Assembly: GCF_018350175.1 (NCBI RefSeq)
Contig: NC_058368.1
Span: 223,388,001 to 223,452,000, forward strand
Origin: Felis catus
Lineage: Eukaryota
Length of the DNA stretch: 64,000 nt
Direction: 5' to 3'
Positions 40,997 to 53,934 of the stretch are shown here, one piece after another. Position 1 is the stretch's first letter. The number at the start of each line of letters is the position of its first letter. Below the pieces are notes generated by a model, which saw only the letters and a list, made by a program, of their open reading frames with translations, did not search any database and was not told the DNA's origin. The position numbers were made by a program, and so were the translations under genes.

Positions 40997-41480
40997 ATTT
41001 TATTAGTTTGCTAAGGCTCCTGTAAGAAAGTACTGGCAAGCCAAGCAACTTAAACAACAAAACAAATTTTGTTTCCCTGTTCTCAAAACTAGAAGTCTGA
41101 GGACTAAAGTGTTAGCGGGGTCATGTTTCCTCCTAAAGTACTGGAAAGAGATTTGTCCCAAGCCTCCCCTTCAGCTTCTAGTGCTTTGCTGGAAATTTTT
41201 CCTTTCAGTGCTTGTTTAAGAATCACCTCAATATCTGTCTTCATCTTCATGTAAAGTACTCTGTGTGCATGCGTGCGTGCATGCGTGCGTGTGTGTGTGC
41301 GTGTGTGTGTTTCCACATTCCTCATTTTTATAAGGACACCAGTCGTATTAGAGTAGTAGGACTTTATCTTAATTAATTATGCCTACAGTGACCCTATTTC
41401 CAAATAAGATGGCCATGACGTCCTGGAGGCTAGAACTTCAACGCATGAACGTTGAAGGGAACCAATTCAATTCATAACAG
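40997..41480 (-). mobile_element. MLT1 LTR relic
   Basis: tattagtttgctaaggct...ttataaggacaccagtcgtatt...accctatttccaaataag...caattcataaca. Confidence 0.75.
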
Positions 41481-42446
41481 ACACCCTGAAGGGTTCTATT
41501 TTTTTAGGTTATCTATTTTTTAATGAAAAAAAAGTTTTTTTTTTCCTAATGTAAAAGAACTCCCCAAAGCACTTAAGGGTTCTTAAAATGTCGCCATCTA
41601 GGTTTCAGATACGTAAGAATGTAAGATATGTATATATTTTTCTTTGGGCCTGAAACCTCCCTACCAATTCTCCTTGTAAGAGATCCTTCAACAATTGGGC
41701 AAAGGACTTATTTTCCATCCTCGCTATTTATTTTGACCCTTACTGTATCAGGGGCAGGCTGATTTTTGGTTGGGCTATATGCTGTACATATACGTGTGTT
41801 CCCTTCAGCCAGCAATCTGTGTATGAAGAGTGGTGTCCTCATACCTTCAGATGCCACCAAAGTAGAGTGCCACAGGTAATTTCCTCTCCCTTGCTTCATG
41901 CACATTAGAATTGCCCAACACCTATGAGACCTACTCTATAGAGATGTGTATAACTGTTAATGACCATACATTTTGACCAGGATATAAGGTTATTATATTT
42001 GCTTTCTCTTCCCAGGATCCCTTCTCTGCTCATGTCTTGGTGCTACTTTAAACCATCACTTACATAATACCAGCAGGCTACCTTTCTTTCTTTTCTTTCT
42101 CCTTTTCTTATTGTTCTTTATTTCACTTGTCACTCCATTCATGCCTTTCAGCTTTCATGTAACAAGACTGAACTTTTATAGACACTTTAAGCCAAGCAGA
42201 AGAATTTTTTTTTCTTTTTTCTTTCTTTCTTTTTTTTTTTTTTGTCATGTGGTGACCCAGCCTATTACCACAAATGAGGTGTGATCTTGCACAATTTGTC
42301 TTTATCAGATTTCTCTATGGAATGGTTGACTGGGGACTGTTTTTAAGACATTAAAAACTGTTTAAAACCTGAATAACTATTGCAAGGCCAGAGCAGATTT
42401 TAAAACCTGAGGATTTTATAAGTGTGGCTCCTTGAAAGATGACTAT

Positions 42447-42670
42447 TTTTTTTAAAATTCTTTTAATGTTTATTTATTTTTGAAAGACAGAGAGAGAGAG
42501 ACAGAGCACAAGCTGGGGAGGGGCAGAGAGAAAGACACAGAATCCGAAGCAGGCTTCAGGCCCTGAGCTGTTTGCACGGAGCCCGATGTGGGGCTCGAAC
42601 CCACCAACTGCAGAGATCATGACCTGAGCCAAAATTGGACGCTTAAACAACTGAACCACCCAGGTGCCCC
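42447..42670 (-). mobile_element. Can-SINE
   Basis: TSD aaagatgactatt. Confidence 0.9.
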
Positions 42671-43267
42671 AAAGATGACTATTATTCTAATACTTTCTAT
42701 CTATACTCTTCTCTCCTATCTGAATCTCAGTAACCCCTATCTGCCAGGTGCAATCAGCATTTTTCCTATCAGATCAAAGATTTGACCGACATAATTTTAT
42801 AACATGTTAGCCACATCGTGGGCTTTTTACAGAACTTGTCTGGGCACTTACTACGTATTTCAATTTTTTTTTCAGTGTGGCTCCAACAAAAATGGCTCCT
42901 AAACCTACTTTTATTTGTAGACTTATTTATTTGGAGATTGGTATTCTCTGAACAGGTTGGAGAGATAAATATGAAGTATTCAATGAATTTTGTGACATCA
43001 CAGAAAAACTCATTAACACTCTATAAGCATCATACTAATAATTAGAACTAGGAGTGAAAGAGGCAGTGAACAAACTCACTCCTCTAAGTGTAATGGAGCT
43101 AGGACGTGCAGTGCTGCAATGAGGAAAATCATGGTGCCCACACAAGCCTAAACAAGGCTTTCTAAGAGTGGAATATCACTAAAGCAAGGGAATGGTTTTG
43201 TCTTTCATTTGAACTTTTAATTGTGAGATTATGGATTCACATGCAGCCATTAGAAATGATACGGACA

Positions 43268-43419
43268 GGGGCTCCTGGGGGCTCAGTCGGTTGAGGGTCC
43301 AACTTCGGCTCAGGTCATGATCTCATGGTTCATTGGTTAGAGCCCCTCATTGGGCTCTGTGCTGACAGCTCGGAGCCTGGAGCCTGCTTCTATTTCTGTG
43401 TCTCCATCTCTCTCTGCCC

Positions 43420-43472
<53 letters not shown>

Positions 43473-43505
43473 AATAAATAAACATTAAAAAATTAAAAAC
43501 AAAAA
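43268..43505 (+). mobile_element. Can-SINE with long (CT)n
   Basis: Head, (CT)n, tail; TSD-like atayggacag. Confidence 0.9.
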
Positions 43506-43823
43506 GACACAATATGGACAGATCCTTTGTATCCTTAGCTCAGTTTTTTTCAGTGATATAACATACAAAATTATCATCTTGAAAAACTATACAAAATATC
43601 CAGGTAGTCGAAATTATTTGATCTTCAAATCTTATTTAGATTTCCCCCAGTTTTACTTGGATGAATGTTTAGTTCTATGTAATTTATCACCTGTGTATGT
43701 TTACGTAGCCACACCATCATCAAAATACTGAACAGTTCCAACATTATGAGGATCCTTCCTGTTGCTGTTTTATACGCCAATCTCACTTACTTCCATCTCT
43801 TCTCCTTGAAACTGGCAACTAGT

Positions 43824-44057
43824 GGGGCGCCTGGGTGGCACAGTCGGTTAAGCGTCCGACTTCAGCCAGGTCACGATCTCGCGGCCCGTGAGTTCGAGCC
43901 CCGCGTCAGGCTCTGGGCTGATGGCTCAGAGCCTGGAGCCTGTTTCCGATTCTGTGTCTCCCTCTCTCTCTGCCCCTCCCCTGTTCATGCTCTGTCTCTC
44001 TCTGTCCCCAAAATAATAAATGTTGAAAAAAAAATAATAAAAAAATAATAAAAAAAA
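43824..44057 (+). mobile_element. Young feline Can-SINE
   Basis: CpG-rich; TSD gaaactggcaacta. Confidence 0.9.
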
Positions 44058-45330
44058 GAAACTGGCAACTACTAATCCGTTATCAGTTTCTAAAATTTCA
44101 TCAACTCAAGAATGTGAAATGAACAGAATCTTACAATATGTCACCTTTTGGGATTGTTTTTTTTTTTTTTTCCCCCCACCAGGTGTAATCCCCTAAAGAT
44201 TCATCCAACTTGTTGCATATATCAACAGGGTGTTTATTTTTATTGCTGAGTAGTATTCCATACTATGAATGCACAGTAATTCTTTAGCTGTTTTTCCCAG
44301 TAGAGTTCATCCGGGATGTTTCCAGTTTGTGGCTACTACAAATAATGTTGCTGCGAATATATATGAATATTTGCAAACACGGTTTTAGGTGAACATACAT
44401 TTTCATGACTTTAGCATCAATGCCCAAGAGTACAATTTGCTGGGTTGTGTGGTAAATGTGTGTTTGATTTTATAGAAATCTGCTAAATGTACACTTCCAC
44501 CTGCATTGTACAAGTGACCTAGTTTCTGAGTGTTCTTGCCGCATTTAGTGTCACCACTGCGTTTTTTCATTCTTAGAGATTACTTTTAGACATCACACAG
44601 TCCTCCTCTTCTGAGTATACGTAGCTAGTTACCATATTTCCACTTATAATCTCAATGTAAAACTGCTACTTAGAGGCCAGAATCCTAACATATTGTTAAA
44701 AGTCCATATACATTTATAATCTGCTAATAAGGATTCTCAGGTGAACACGGCAGACTAATTCTATTAAGTTTTCTAGTATCCCTTGAAGAACAAGCTTTGC
44801 TTAAAGTTGCATCTGCATTTCCACTTGGAAGTAAAATCTTTGTTGTTAAACAGATAGTTGACCCTTAGTAAGTGCCATACCTAAATAATTGAAGTCATGA
44901 CTAAAATTAAAGACTGAAAATTGCCAGTGCCTCCATAGTCAAGGACCAAAATGAATGCAGGATTGCACACAGGCTTACTTGATTGTGGAAATATTTTGTT
45001 TGCTACATAACATGAATTAGTAGTGGAATCTTTTCCAGTTAAGCAGAATAAAATATCAAGTATGCACTATTAGATGATTCATCAAGTACATTTTATGAAT
45101 AAATGAGAGCTCTTCACCCACTAATTTTACAGTGATGTTACATAGCCCTTAATAGATGGTTGTCTTGTTATTCCTAGATCAGTTTTCATTTGGGAATAAC
45201 TAAAATATGATATAAATGTATCTAATTATGCAAACGGTATTTTAATAAACATAAAAGAAACCAGAATAATTCATCCACTAATTTTACTACCTCAAAATAC
45301 AATATTTGAAAGTTACAAAAGTACACTTTA

Positions 45331-45549
45331 GGGGCGCCTGGGTGGCTCAGTCAGTTAAGCGTCCGACTTCGGCTCAGGTCACGATCTCGCAGTCGGTGAG
45401 TTCGAGCCCCACGTCGGACTCTGCACTGACAGCTCAGAGCCTGGAGCCTGTTTCAGATTCTGTGTCTCCCTCTCTCTCTGACCCTCCCCCATTCATGCTC
45501 TGTCTCTCTCTGTCTCAAAAATAAACAAACGTTAAAAATTTTTTTTAAA
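45331..45549 (+). mobile_element. Can-SINE
   Basis: TSD aaaagtacacttta (45317-45330 / 45550-45563). Confidence 0.9.
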
Positions 45550-46214
45550 AAAAGTACACTTTAATTAAAAAAAAATAACCAGCAAAATAGGCATATTTTG
45601 ATACTCATTGTAGAAAGATGATTATGTTGGTACTGTTTATAAGAATCTAAAGGAATGAAAACTGAGCCTTGGAGACCAGTCAGGAGACTCATTAATTGTC
45701 TGTGTAAGAAATAAAAAGGGCATAAATGAATGAAAATGGTTTGAACGTGCTGTTTCGATGCCATTGATAATTTAATGTCAACTCACCCACATTCCAACCT
45801 AATCACAAACCACCCCACCTCCCATTTCCTGAATCATCATGTAACTTGCAACATATGTCCTCACCATACCTTTAACTTTACCCCATCATTGAGTACCCGC
45901 TTGATCCTTGATCATCAACCCAACCCAACCCCGATTATGTGAGTGTCAGAGGAAGCTCTCCACAGTGTTGACAGCACAGAAAGAACTATATTAAAATATT
46001 GGAGACCAAATATTCTACGTCGGCCTCTCATTTGGTACAGTTGTGGTCATGGGAAAAAAGCAAGGGACAGGTTTGATAGATAAATCCAAGAATTAAATTT
46101 AGTAGGATACGTCTCTTATAGCATTCCATAGGTATTGAAGAATAACCTTTTTCTGTGTACAGAGCATGTGCTAAATGTTACCACACACTAAAATTTGTTT
46201 TCCTGAATTCACAG

Positions 46215-46334
46215 GTACCTCTGTTCTACAGGTTACAGCCACTGATGCAGATGACCCTACCTATGGAAACAGTGCGCGGGTGGTTTATAGTATTCTCCAG
46301 GGACAGCCCTACTTCTCCGTAGACCCTAAAACAG
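46215..46334 (+). CDS. CDH18: Cadherin-18 next coding exon (120 nt, phase 1-1; EC2 N-terminal part)
   Basis: Not in the ORF track. Acceptor gttttcctgaattcacag, donor ACAG|gttagt. Spliced to the previous exon it reads (G)[39 protein letters not shown](G), containing the cadherin ATDADD motif. Confidence 0.95.
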
Positions 46335-47808
46335 GTTAGTGCATCTATGTGCAATTTATGTGCAGATGTGTGCTAAAATAAAAAAGAAACCAGTATTTTT
46401 TATCTCTGTGTACTCTCGTACTTCAGAATCGTTATTTTAGCACAGTTTAAAGTGTCCTCACTTTTTCTAAAATGAGGTAACTGAATCATTGAAGATAAAA
46501 TAACTGTTTTTCTTAATATTTTGATTATCCATCATTTATACCCATACCAGTAAAAAGTTTATTTTTGCATATCCCTGCAACAATTACTCTCTGCTTAAAA
46601 CAAATGGGGAGTATTACATCAAGTGAGATTTTCGAGTGTATTTTTTCTATTAATTACATATTAGTTTTAAGTCTTTGCCAAAAAGGGTAAATATTCATTG
46701 GATGTTTCCCTATTTTATTTGAATTTGATTGTCACATAAGTTGTCATATATTACATTGGGGGAACTACTGTGTCTAGAACTGACATTTTTTCGTAGTTGG
46801 AAATTTCTTCACTCTTCAAATATTGTCTTATATTAGAGAAATTAACTGAGAGTGAAGACAAAAACATAGAAAATGTTTTTTTTTTTCAGGAAAAATAGGT
46901 ATTCTGCTCTCTTTCCTCTCCTTTTTCTGTCCTAAACAATGATATCATGTTATGTGATGTCAAAATGGAATGCATTATAGGATCATGTTACAGCAGCATA
47001 ATCTAAAAACCACATAAAAGTTCACGGCCCCATTGACAAATAATTTGTTAATAAAAATGTGACTAAACATACATTGATTTTGAATGTAGCCAAATGTCCA
47101 GTAAGAAATGAGTTTCACATTTTACTCATAGTTTAAAGATAGTCATGAGGCACAGATGAAGAGAGAGATCCAGGATATTCCAGAGGTTCCTAAATCCTTT
47201 CTAGTTACATTAGATTCATTCTGAATCAGATTAACATGTGGGATTATCAAGAAGTAATGGACACAGCCACGTAACTAACACAGAAGAAAGCTATGTTTGG
47301 TTGTAATATCCCCTTATATTCACATAATGACATGGCATACAAAACATTTTTTAAGGGACCCTGCTTCATAAGTTTATGCATCTCAGGTTTGTTTACCACT
47401 ATCTTAGATGAGGTACATCCAACTGAAAAGATGCTAGCACATTCCCAGTAACTAATACCATTTGAATGCCAAGAGTATTGTCATGATCCTGTTTTCAAGA
47501 GAATTCCACCAGGTTATTTGTCTTCTTTCTTCCCCTGGTGTGCTCCAACCCATAAGTATATGGGACAATAATGGATCTCAGACATACTGTTAACCCCTTA
47601 GTTATTATAATTTATGAAGAAAATAATGAAGAATATGTTCAGAGCCAGGTAAAAGCAGAATACATACATACAAGTAGATCCTTGTATTATATGCATTATA
47701 ATTATAAAATAAATATATAATAAAATGAGGTAAAAACTAAAAATCAGGAGATGATAAAAAATAACACAATGTGAACTAAAATAAGTATCAGATAAGCAAC
47801 TTCTTGAG

Positions 47809-48050
47809 AGGTCCGGGGGACCCAGTCAGGTAGGCATCCGACTCTTGCTTTTGGCTCAGGTTATAAGCTCATGGTTCATAGGTTCGAGCCCTGCATTGGG
47901 CTCTGTGCTGTCAGCACGGAGACTGCTCGGGATTCTCTCTCTCCCATTCTCTCTGTCCCTCCTCCATTCATGATCTCTCTTTCTCTCTCTCAATACAAAT
48001 AAAGAAGCTTAAAAATATAAATAAAAATATTTTATTTTTTAAAATAAAAA
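47809..48050 (+). mobile_element. Can-SINE (older)
   Basis: Degenerate head, (CT)n, tail. Confidence 0.8.
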
Positions 48051-48784
48051 ATCAGCAATAGTCAAGAACGACATCTATGTATGAATGATACTCATATGAG
48101 TTTTTACCACTGCTAACAAAGACTATTAGAAGAGTTATCTGGTTTAATATAGATGTACTTATATTTCGAGTTGAGTCAATTTTCACACAGCCTTCATATA
48201 TTTTTACCCAATAAATAATGAATATTTCAAAGAAAAATATAACACTTCACAACATTTCTGTTGTTAAATTCTATGTTTAATTTGCAGGCACATAAAAAAT
48301 GAGACTAAAAAAGCCTACCTTTTAATTATATACAAGGAGCATACTAGATATTCTTTTCTTTTCAACACTTTTACAGCATTTTAGATATCAAAGGGTTTCT
48401 GCTACATGTTGCTAAAAAAAGGGTGGACATTGGACTTGAAATCTTTCTCAAACACTTCTGCATTGATAACAGACATTCCACACGTAAGAGGACAGTGATG
48501 TTATACTGTAATTAATATAGTATAGTGCAGTAATTCTTAACTGTTATTTTTCTAAAATACTAAGGTTTATTCCAGAATGATTTAAGGATACTTCATGATC
48601 AAATCCTAGGATGTTACATAATATCATAATAAATTGGTCAAGCGACTTAAATTATATGCCCCTGTGTACTTGCATAGAAATTTAGAATAACAACTAAATC
48701 CAATGAGAAACTTCATGCAATGTTCTTAGCCCAGTCCTAGGAAAGATATAGGTAGGTAGTCAATTTCTAGTGTCCCTCCCCTTT

Positions 48785-48990
48785 AAAAAAAATGTTTGTT
48801 TATTTTTGAGAGAAAGACAGAGTGCGAGTGGCGGACGGTCAGAGAGACAGGGAGACACAGAATCCAAAGCAGGCTCCAGGCTCTGAGCTGTTGGCACAGA
48901 GCCCGATGCAGGGCTTGAACTCACAAACTGTAAGATCATGACCTGAGCTGAAGTCAGACACTTAACCAACTGAGCCACCCAGGTTCCCCA
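48785..48990 (-). mobile_element. Can-SINE
   Basis: Reverse complement SINE; TSD-like tgtccc. Confidence 0.9.
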
Positions 48991-50169
48991 TGTCCCCACT
49001 TTTTTTTTAAGATTAAAAAGAATTTCCAAAATTGCCTAGTGTGCCATCACGAGGGTTTGAAATAGTCTTAACTGAAACAGGAAAAAAAATTGTTTGAAAG
49101 AATTTTTAGTCCACATTAACTATACAAAATGTGAATTCTACATATTATATATCGCTAAATTACATTTTTCAGGCATTTAAAGAAAGTTTTTTAAGTATTC
49201 TTATTAAGAAAAATATACTTTTAGAAAATGTGGGATGACAATTTAAAAGAAAGTAAGTTAAAAAAATAAATAAAAGGAAGTAAGTTAGACGTGAAAATAA
49301 CCAACATTTTATCCCTAGAAATGACTGTCCCAGCTGAAAATAGTGTCTCTAGATGAGATAAAGTGACATGCTGTCCAGGAAACAATTGTCATTAATGCAC
49401 AAGTCCTGACCCACAATAGCTCTGATTCTCTAAAAAGACCTTTCCTTAACATCTTGTAGCAGAAATCAATCAGCTATAAAAATGCACTCAGGGGAAGGCC
49501 TCAGTGAGTTTCTTAGGATGTAATTGAACAAGGTTTTCAACATAGTTTCTCCAGTGTGCATGATGTAATTAAAGTCATCAGCAACTTTGTTTCTATTTAA
49601 CCTTTTCAATTTTATTTTATTTTAGCAATGAACAAAAAATTGCTTGTGGAAGATCACTATATATTTGGATAAAAGATGTAAAGCATCTTTAAAAGTTTTA
49701 TGAATTTCAATGTTAATTTTGCATAATTCCATATGAAACTCTACTTGAGAATGACTTTATTTTCCCAAACGCAATATTTTGCTTATCGATAGCCAAGCAG
49801 TTAAAATATTTAATTTATGGTCCAAAAAATCTGCAAAAGGAGAAAATTTGTCCATAGCAGAATATATTTTGTCAATTTGTCTCATCCAATAGCCCTCTCT
49901 AATTGATATAACAATAATAATTGCACAAATCGTTGTAGATACATTTTCAAATAAGTTCCTACAATTAGCTGCACATAGACAAAAATAGTGAGCCTAGTGC
50001 TGAAGAATTTGTTTCTTTAGAGAAAAACTAATGCATTAATTCAGAACTGTGTCATGTTTCCTAATTACTGAAAGAAATTATGTATCACTTTATTTTTTTT
50101 AGAGAAGAATTCTAAGAAGTTCCTGAAAGTGTAAGAGTGTATGGGGTTTAACACAAGAAGTCCATTTTA

Positions 50170-50399
50170 TTGTATTTTATTTTATTTTTTATTTTTTTAA
50201 CGTTTATTTATTTTTGAGACCGAGAGAGACAGAGCATGAATGGGGGAGGGTCAGAGAGAGGGAGACACAGAATCTGAAACAGGCTCCAGGCTCCGAGCTG
50301 TCAGCACAGAGCCCGACGCAGGGCTTGAACTCACTGACCGCGAGATCATGACCTGAGCTGAAGTCGGCCGCTTAACCGACTGAGCCACCCAGGCGCCCC
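50170..50399 (-). mobile_element. Can-SINE
   Basis: TSD aagaagtccatttta (50155-50169 / 50400-50414). Confidence 0.9.
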
Positions 50400-52076
50400 A
50401 AGAAGTCCATTTTAGATAGCATTTAAGAAATAGACAGTTGACACCAGTGGTTGTTCACTCAATAACAATTTCCCACTTTGTTGGTCCTATTAGAATTCTA
50501 ACTTTGCTCGTTGTAGCAGCATACTCACTTAAGAAGCTAGATTTCCCAGCCTCCCTGTTGCTATTGTGGCACACTTCTAGCCAATGAGCTATAAAAGAAA
50601 CACCACTAGAGGCTTTTTGATATCTCTATATAGGTGCCAATGCTTCGTCGTTTTGGTTTCCCACCTTCTGGATTTACACATGTGCATAATCCCTGGGGGT
50701 ACAGCAACTATCTTGTAATCGTGGGACAATGAGCACGCAAGGTGAAAGTCGCATGGGAAAAACTGGTGAGCAGAAGCCTGGCAGTGAAGTCACTCTGAGT
50801 AATTTTTTTATGTGCAAACACATGCAGTGCTGATACCTGGACTTTTGTGAAACGAGCTATGCAGACTGGTAAATCCCCTTCCCAGCACTGTGCACTTCCC
50901 ACACAGGCATAGACATGGAGCTCCTAGACTACTTTTATTCCTCTCAACCCAGGACACATGGTCCAGAGAGAGAGAGCGCAGTGCTTTCTGTATTTAAGGA
51001 GTCATTTTCAGTTCCACTGCCAATACTAAGCTGGAAAAGGAGATTGTTCACACTGACTTGAATATCAAAAGGTACATTAATTGTTGATATTTGGGGGGAA
51101 TCAGAGAATAGAACCAAAGATAATTTTCTCTGACACGCCACTGAATATGCATATGTGAAAAATAATTTTAACTGCCATCAAGATGTAGTAAGTAAACTAT
51201 ATACAGTATAGACGTCAGATAACTCTCCTACTACCGCCTAGGTCCATCTGTGCTGTTACAAATGGCAAGATTTCATTCTTTTTTCAAGACTGAAAAATAT
51301 TTCAGTATATTGTATTATTGTATGTGTGTGTACACACACACACACATATGTATGTTACAAATGGCAAGAGTCCATTCTTTTTTCATGACTGACAAATATT
51401 TAAGTATATTGTGTTATTGTATTTGTGTGCATATATATGTACATATATACACATATAAATATATATATGCACACACACATATATAAACACACATATATAT
51501 ATACACATATATATGTATATATGTTACAAATGGCAAAAGTTCATTCTTTTTTCATGCCTAATATTTAAGTATATTATTTTATTGCATATATATACATTAC
51601 ATTTTCTTTATCCATTCATCCGTTGATAGATACTTAAGATGTTACCGTATCTTGGCCTTTGTCAATAATGTTGCAGTGAATATATATATATATATTTTTT
51701 TTTTCAAATATATATTTTCAAATGAATGTTTTTGGTGTTGTTTTTTTTTTGAGAAATATCCAGAAGTAGAATTGCTGGATCATCTGATAGATTTAATTTT
51801 AGCTTTTAGAGGAAACTTTATCCTGTTTTACATAGAAGCTGTACCAATTTTACATTCACACCGACAGCATAAAGGGGTTCCCTTTTGTGTACATTCTCAC
51901 CAAAACTTATTTCTGGTCTTTTTGATAACATTCATTCTAAGAGGTATGAGGTGATAGCCCATTGTGGTTTTGATTTGTATTTCCCTGATGATTAGTGATG
52001 TTGTACATCTTGGCCACCTGTATCTTGGCCACCTGTATATCATATTTGGGAAAATATTCAGGTTGTCTGCCCACTT

Positions 52077-52270
52077 AAAAATTAGTGTCACTAAAACACA
52101 TTATATCAGTTTTAGGTGTACAGTATAATGATTTGCCACTTGTGTCCACTGTGAAATGATGACCACTATCAAGTCTAGTCATCATCCATCGCCATAATAA
52201 GTTGCAGCTGTTTTGTGTGTGTGTGATGAGAATTTTCAAGATGGACTCTCCTGGCAACTTTTAAATGTGC
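52077..52270 (-). mobile_element. Short 5'-truncated L1 3' end inserted into the larger L1
   Basis: L1 3'-terminal sequence (aggtgtacagtataatgattt...tgtgaaatgat) flanked by tctgcccactt (52066-52076) / tctgcccattt (52271-52281). Confidence 0.7.
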
Positions 52271-52557
52271 TCTGCCCATTTTTTAATTGGGTTGTTTGGC
52301 TTTTTCTTTGCTATTGATTTGTATGAGTTCTTCGTGTATTTTGAATATTAACTCCTTATCAGACATAGGACTTGAAAATATTTTCTCCCATTCCATAGGT
52401 TACCTTTTAATTTTGTCATGGTTTCCTTTGCTGTGCAGTTGCTTTAGGGTTTGATGTAGTCTCACTTGTTTATTTTTGCATTTGTTGCTTTTATCTTTGT
52501 GTCAGAGTCAAAAAAAAAAAATCATTGCCAAGACCTATGTCAAGAAAGATATGGCCT

Positions 52558-52789
52558 GGGGCGCCTGGGTGGTGCAGTCGGTTAAGCGTTCGACTTCAGC
52601 CTGGTCACGATCTCGCGGTCCGTGAGTTCGAGCCCTGCGTCGGGCTCTGGGCTGATGGCTCGGAGCCTGGAGCCTGCTTCCGATTCTGTGTCTCCCTCTC
52701 TCTCTGCCCCTCCCCCATTCATGCTCTGTCTCTCTCTGTCCCAAAAATAAATAAAAAAAAACGTTGAAAAAAAAATTAAAAAAAAAAAA
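52558..52789 (+). mobile_element. Young feline Can-SINE inside L1
   Basis: TSD aagaaagataYggcct (52542-52557 / 52790-52805). Confidence 0.9.
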
Positions 52790-53121
52790 AAGAAAGATAC
52801 GGCCTATGTTTTTTTCTAGAAGTTTTGTAGTTTCAGGTCTTATGTTCATCTTTTTAATTCATTTTGAGTTAATTTTTGTGTATGCTGTAAGAAAGCAGTC
52901 CAAATTCATTCTTTTGCATGTGGCTGTCCAGTTTTCCAAACCCCATTTTTTGAAGACACTGTCCTTTCCCCATTGCATATTTTTTGCTCATTTGTTATGT
53001 ATTAATTGACTATATATGTGTGAATTTATTTGTAGGCTCCCTATTCTGTTCCACAAATCTATATGTCTGTTTTTATGTCATTACAATATTGTTTTGGTTA
53101 CTATAGCTTTATAATGTAGTT

Positions 53122-53236
53122 TGGCTCGGGTCATTATCTTGTGGTTCATGGATTTGAGCCCCACATTGGGCTCTGTGCTGAGTGGTTAGGATTCTGTGTC
53201 TCCCTCTCTCTCTGAGTCCCCGCCTTGTGTTTTTAA

Positions 53237-53272
<36 letters not shown>

Positions 53273-53300
53273 AAAAATAAATAAACTTTAATTTTTTTTA
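53122..53300 (+). mobile_element. 5'-truncated Can-SINE inside L1
   Basis: Starts at ggctcgggtcat; (CT)n and tail present. Confidence 0.8.
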
Positions 53301-53934
53301 AAAGATTGCTTTGGTTATTTTGGGTCTTATGAACCTTAGAATTGTCTGTTCTATTTCTATGAAAAATGCCACTGGAATTTTGGTAGGGGTTGCACTGAAT
53401 CTATAGATTCATCCTTTGGGTAGGATGTATAGTTTAACATATTGATTCTTCTAAGCTATATCATGAAATGTATTTCCATTCATTTGTTTCTTCTATGTTT
53501 TTCACTAATTACTTACAGATTTTAGTGTATGGATCTTCTACCTGCTTGGTTAAATTTATTCCTAAGTATTTTCTTCTTTTTTGATGCAATTATAAGAGTT
53601 TGTTTTACTAATTTTCTTTCTGACTTTGTCATTACAGTATAGAGATGCAACAGATTTTTGCATATTGATTTTCTATCCTGCAACGTTACTGAATTCTTTT
53701 ATTAGTTCTAACCATTTTGTTGGAGTCTTTAGGGTTTCCTATGTATAACAGCTTTTCGTCTGCAAATAGTAACAGTTTTACTTCTTCCTTTCCAATTTGG
53801 ATGCCTTTTACTTCTTGCATAATTGCCCTGGTTAGGACTTCTAGTACCATGCTGAATAAAAATGGTGAGAGTGGGTACCCCTGTCTTGCTCCTAGTATGA
53901 GAGGAAAAGGTTGTAGCTTTTTCCTGTTGAGTAT

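Larger units (their letters stand above)
43210..44575 (-). mobile_element. Old LINE-1 3' fragment (L1MC-like), interrupted by two SINEs
   Basis: gattcacatgcag..., gattcatccaacttgttgcatatatcaa, tttattgctgagtagtattcca. Confidence 0.65.
51235..53934 (-). mobile_element. LINE-1, 3' half (ORF2 RT/C-terminus and 3'UTR), degenerate
   Basis: Minus-strand translations [45 protein letters not shown] and SLIIREIQIKTTMGYHLIPLRM. Interrupted by SINEs and a short L1 3' end. Confidence 0.9.
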
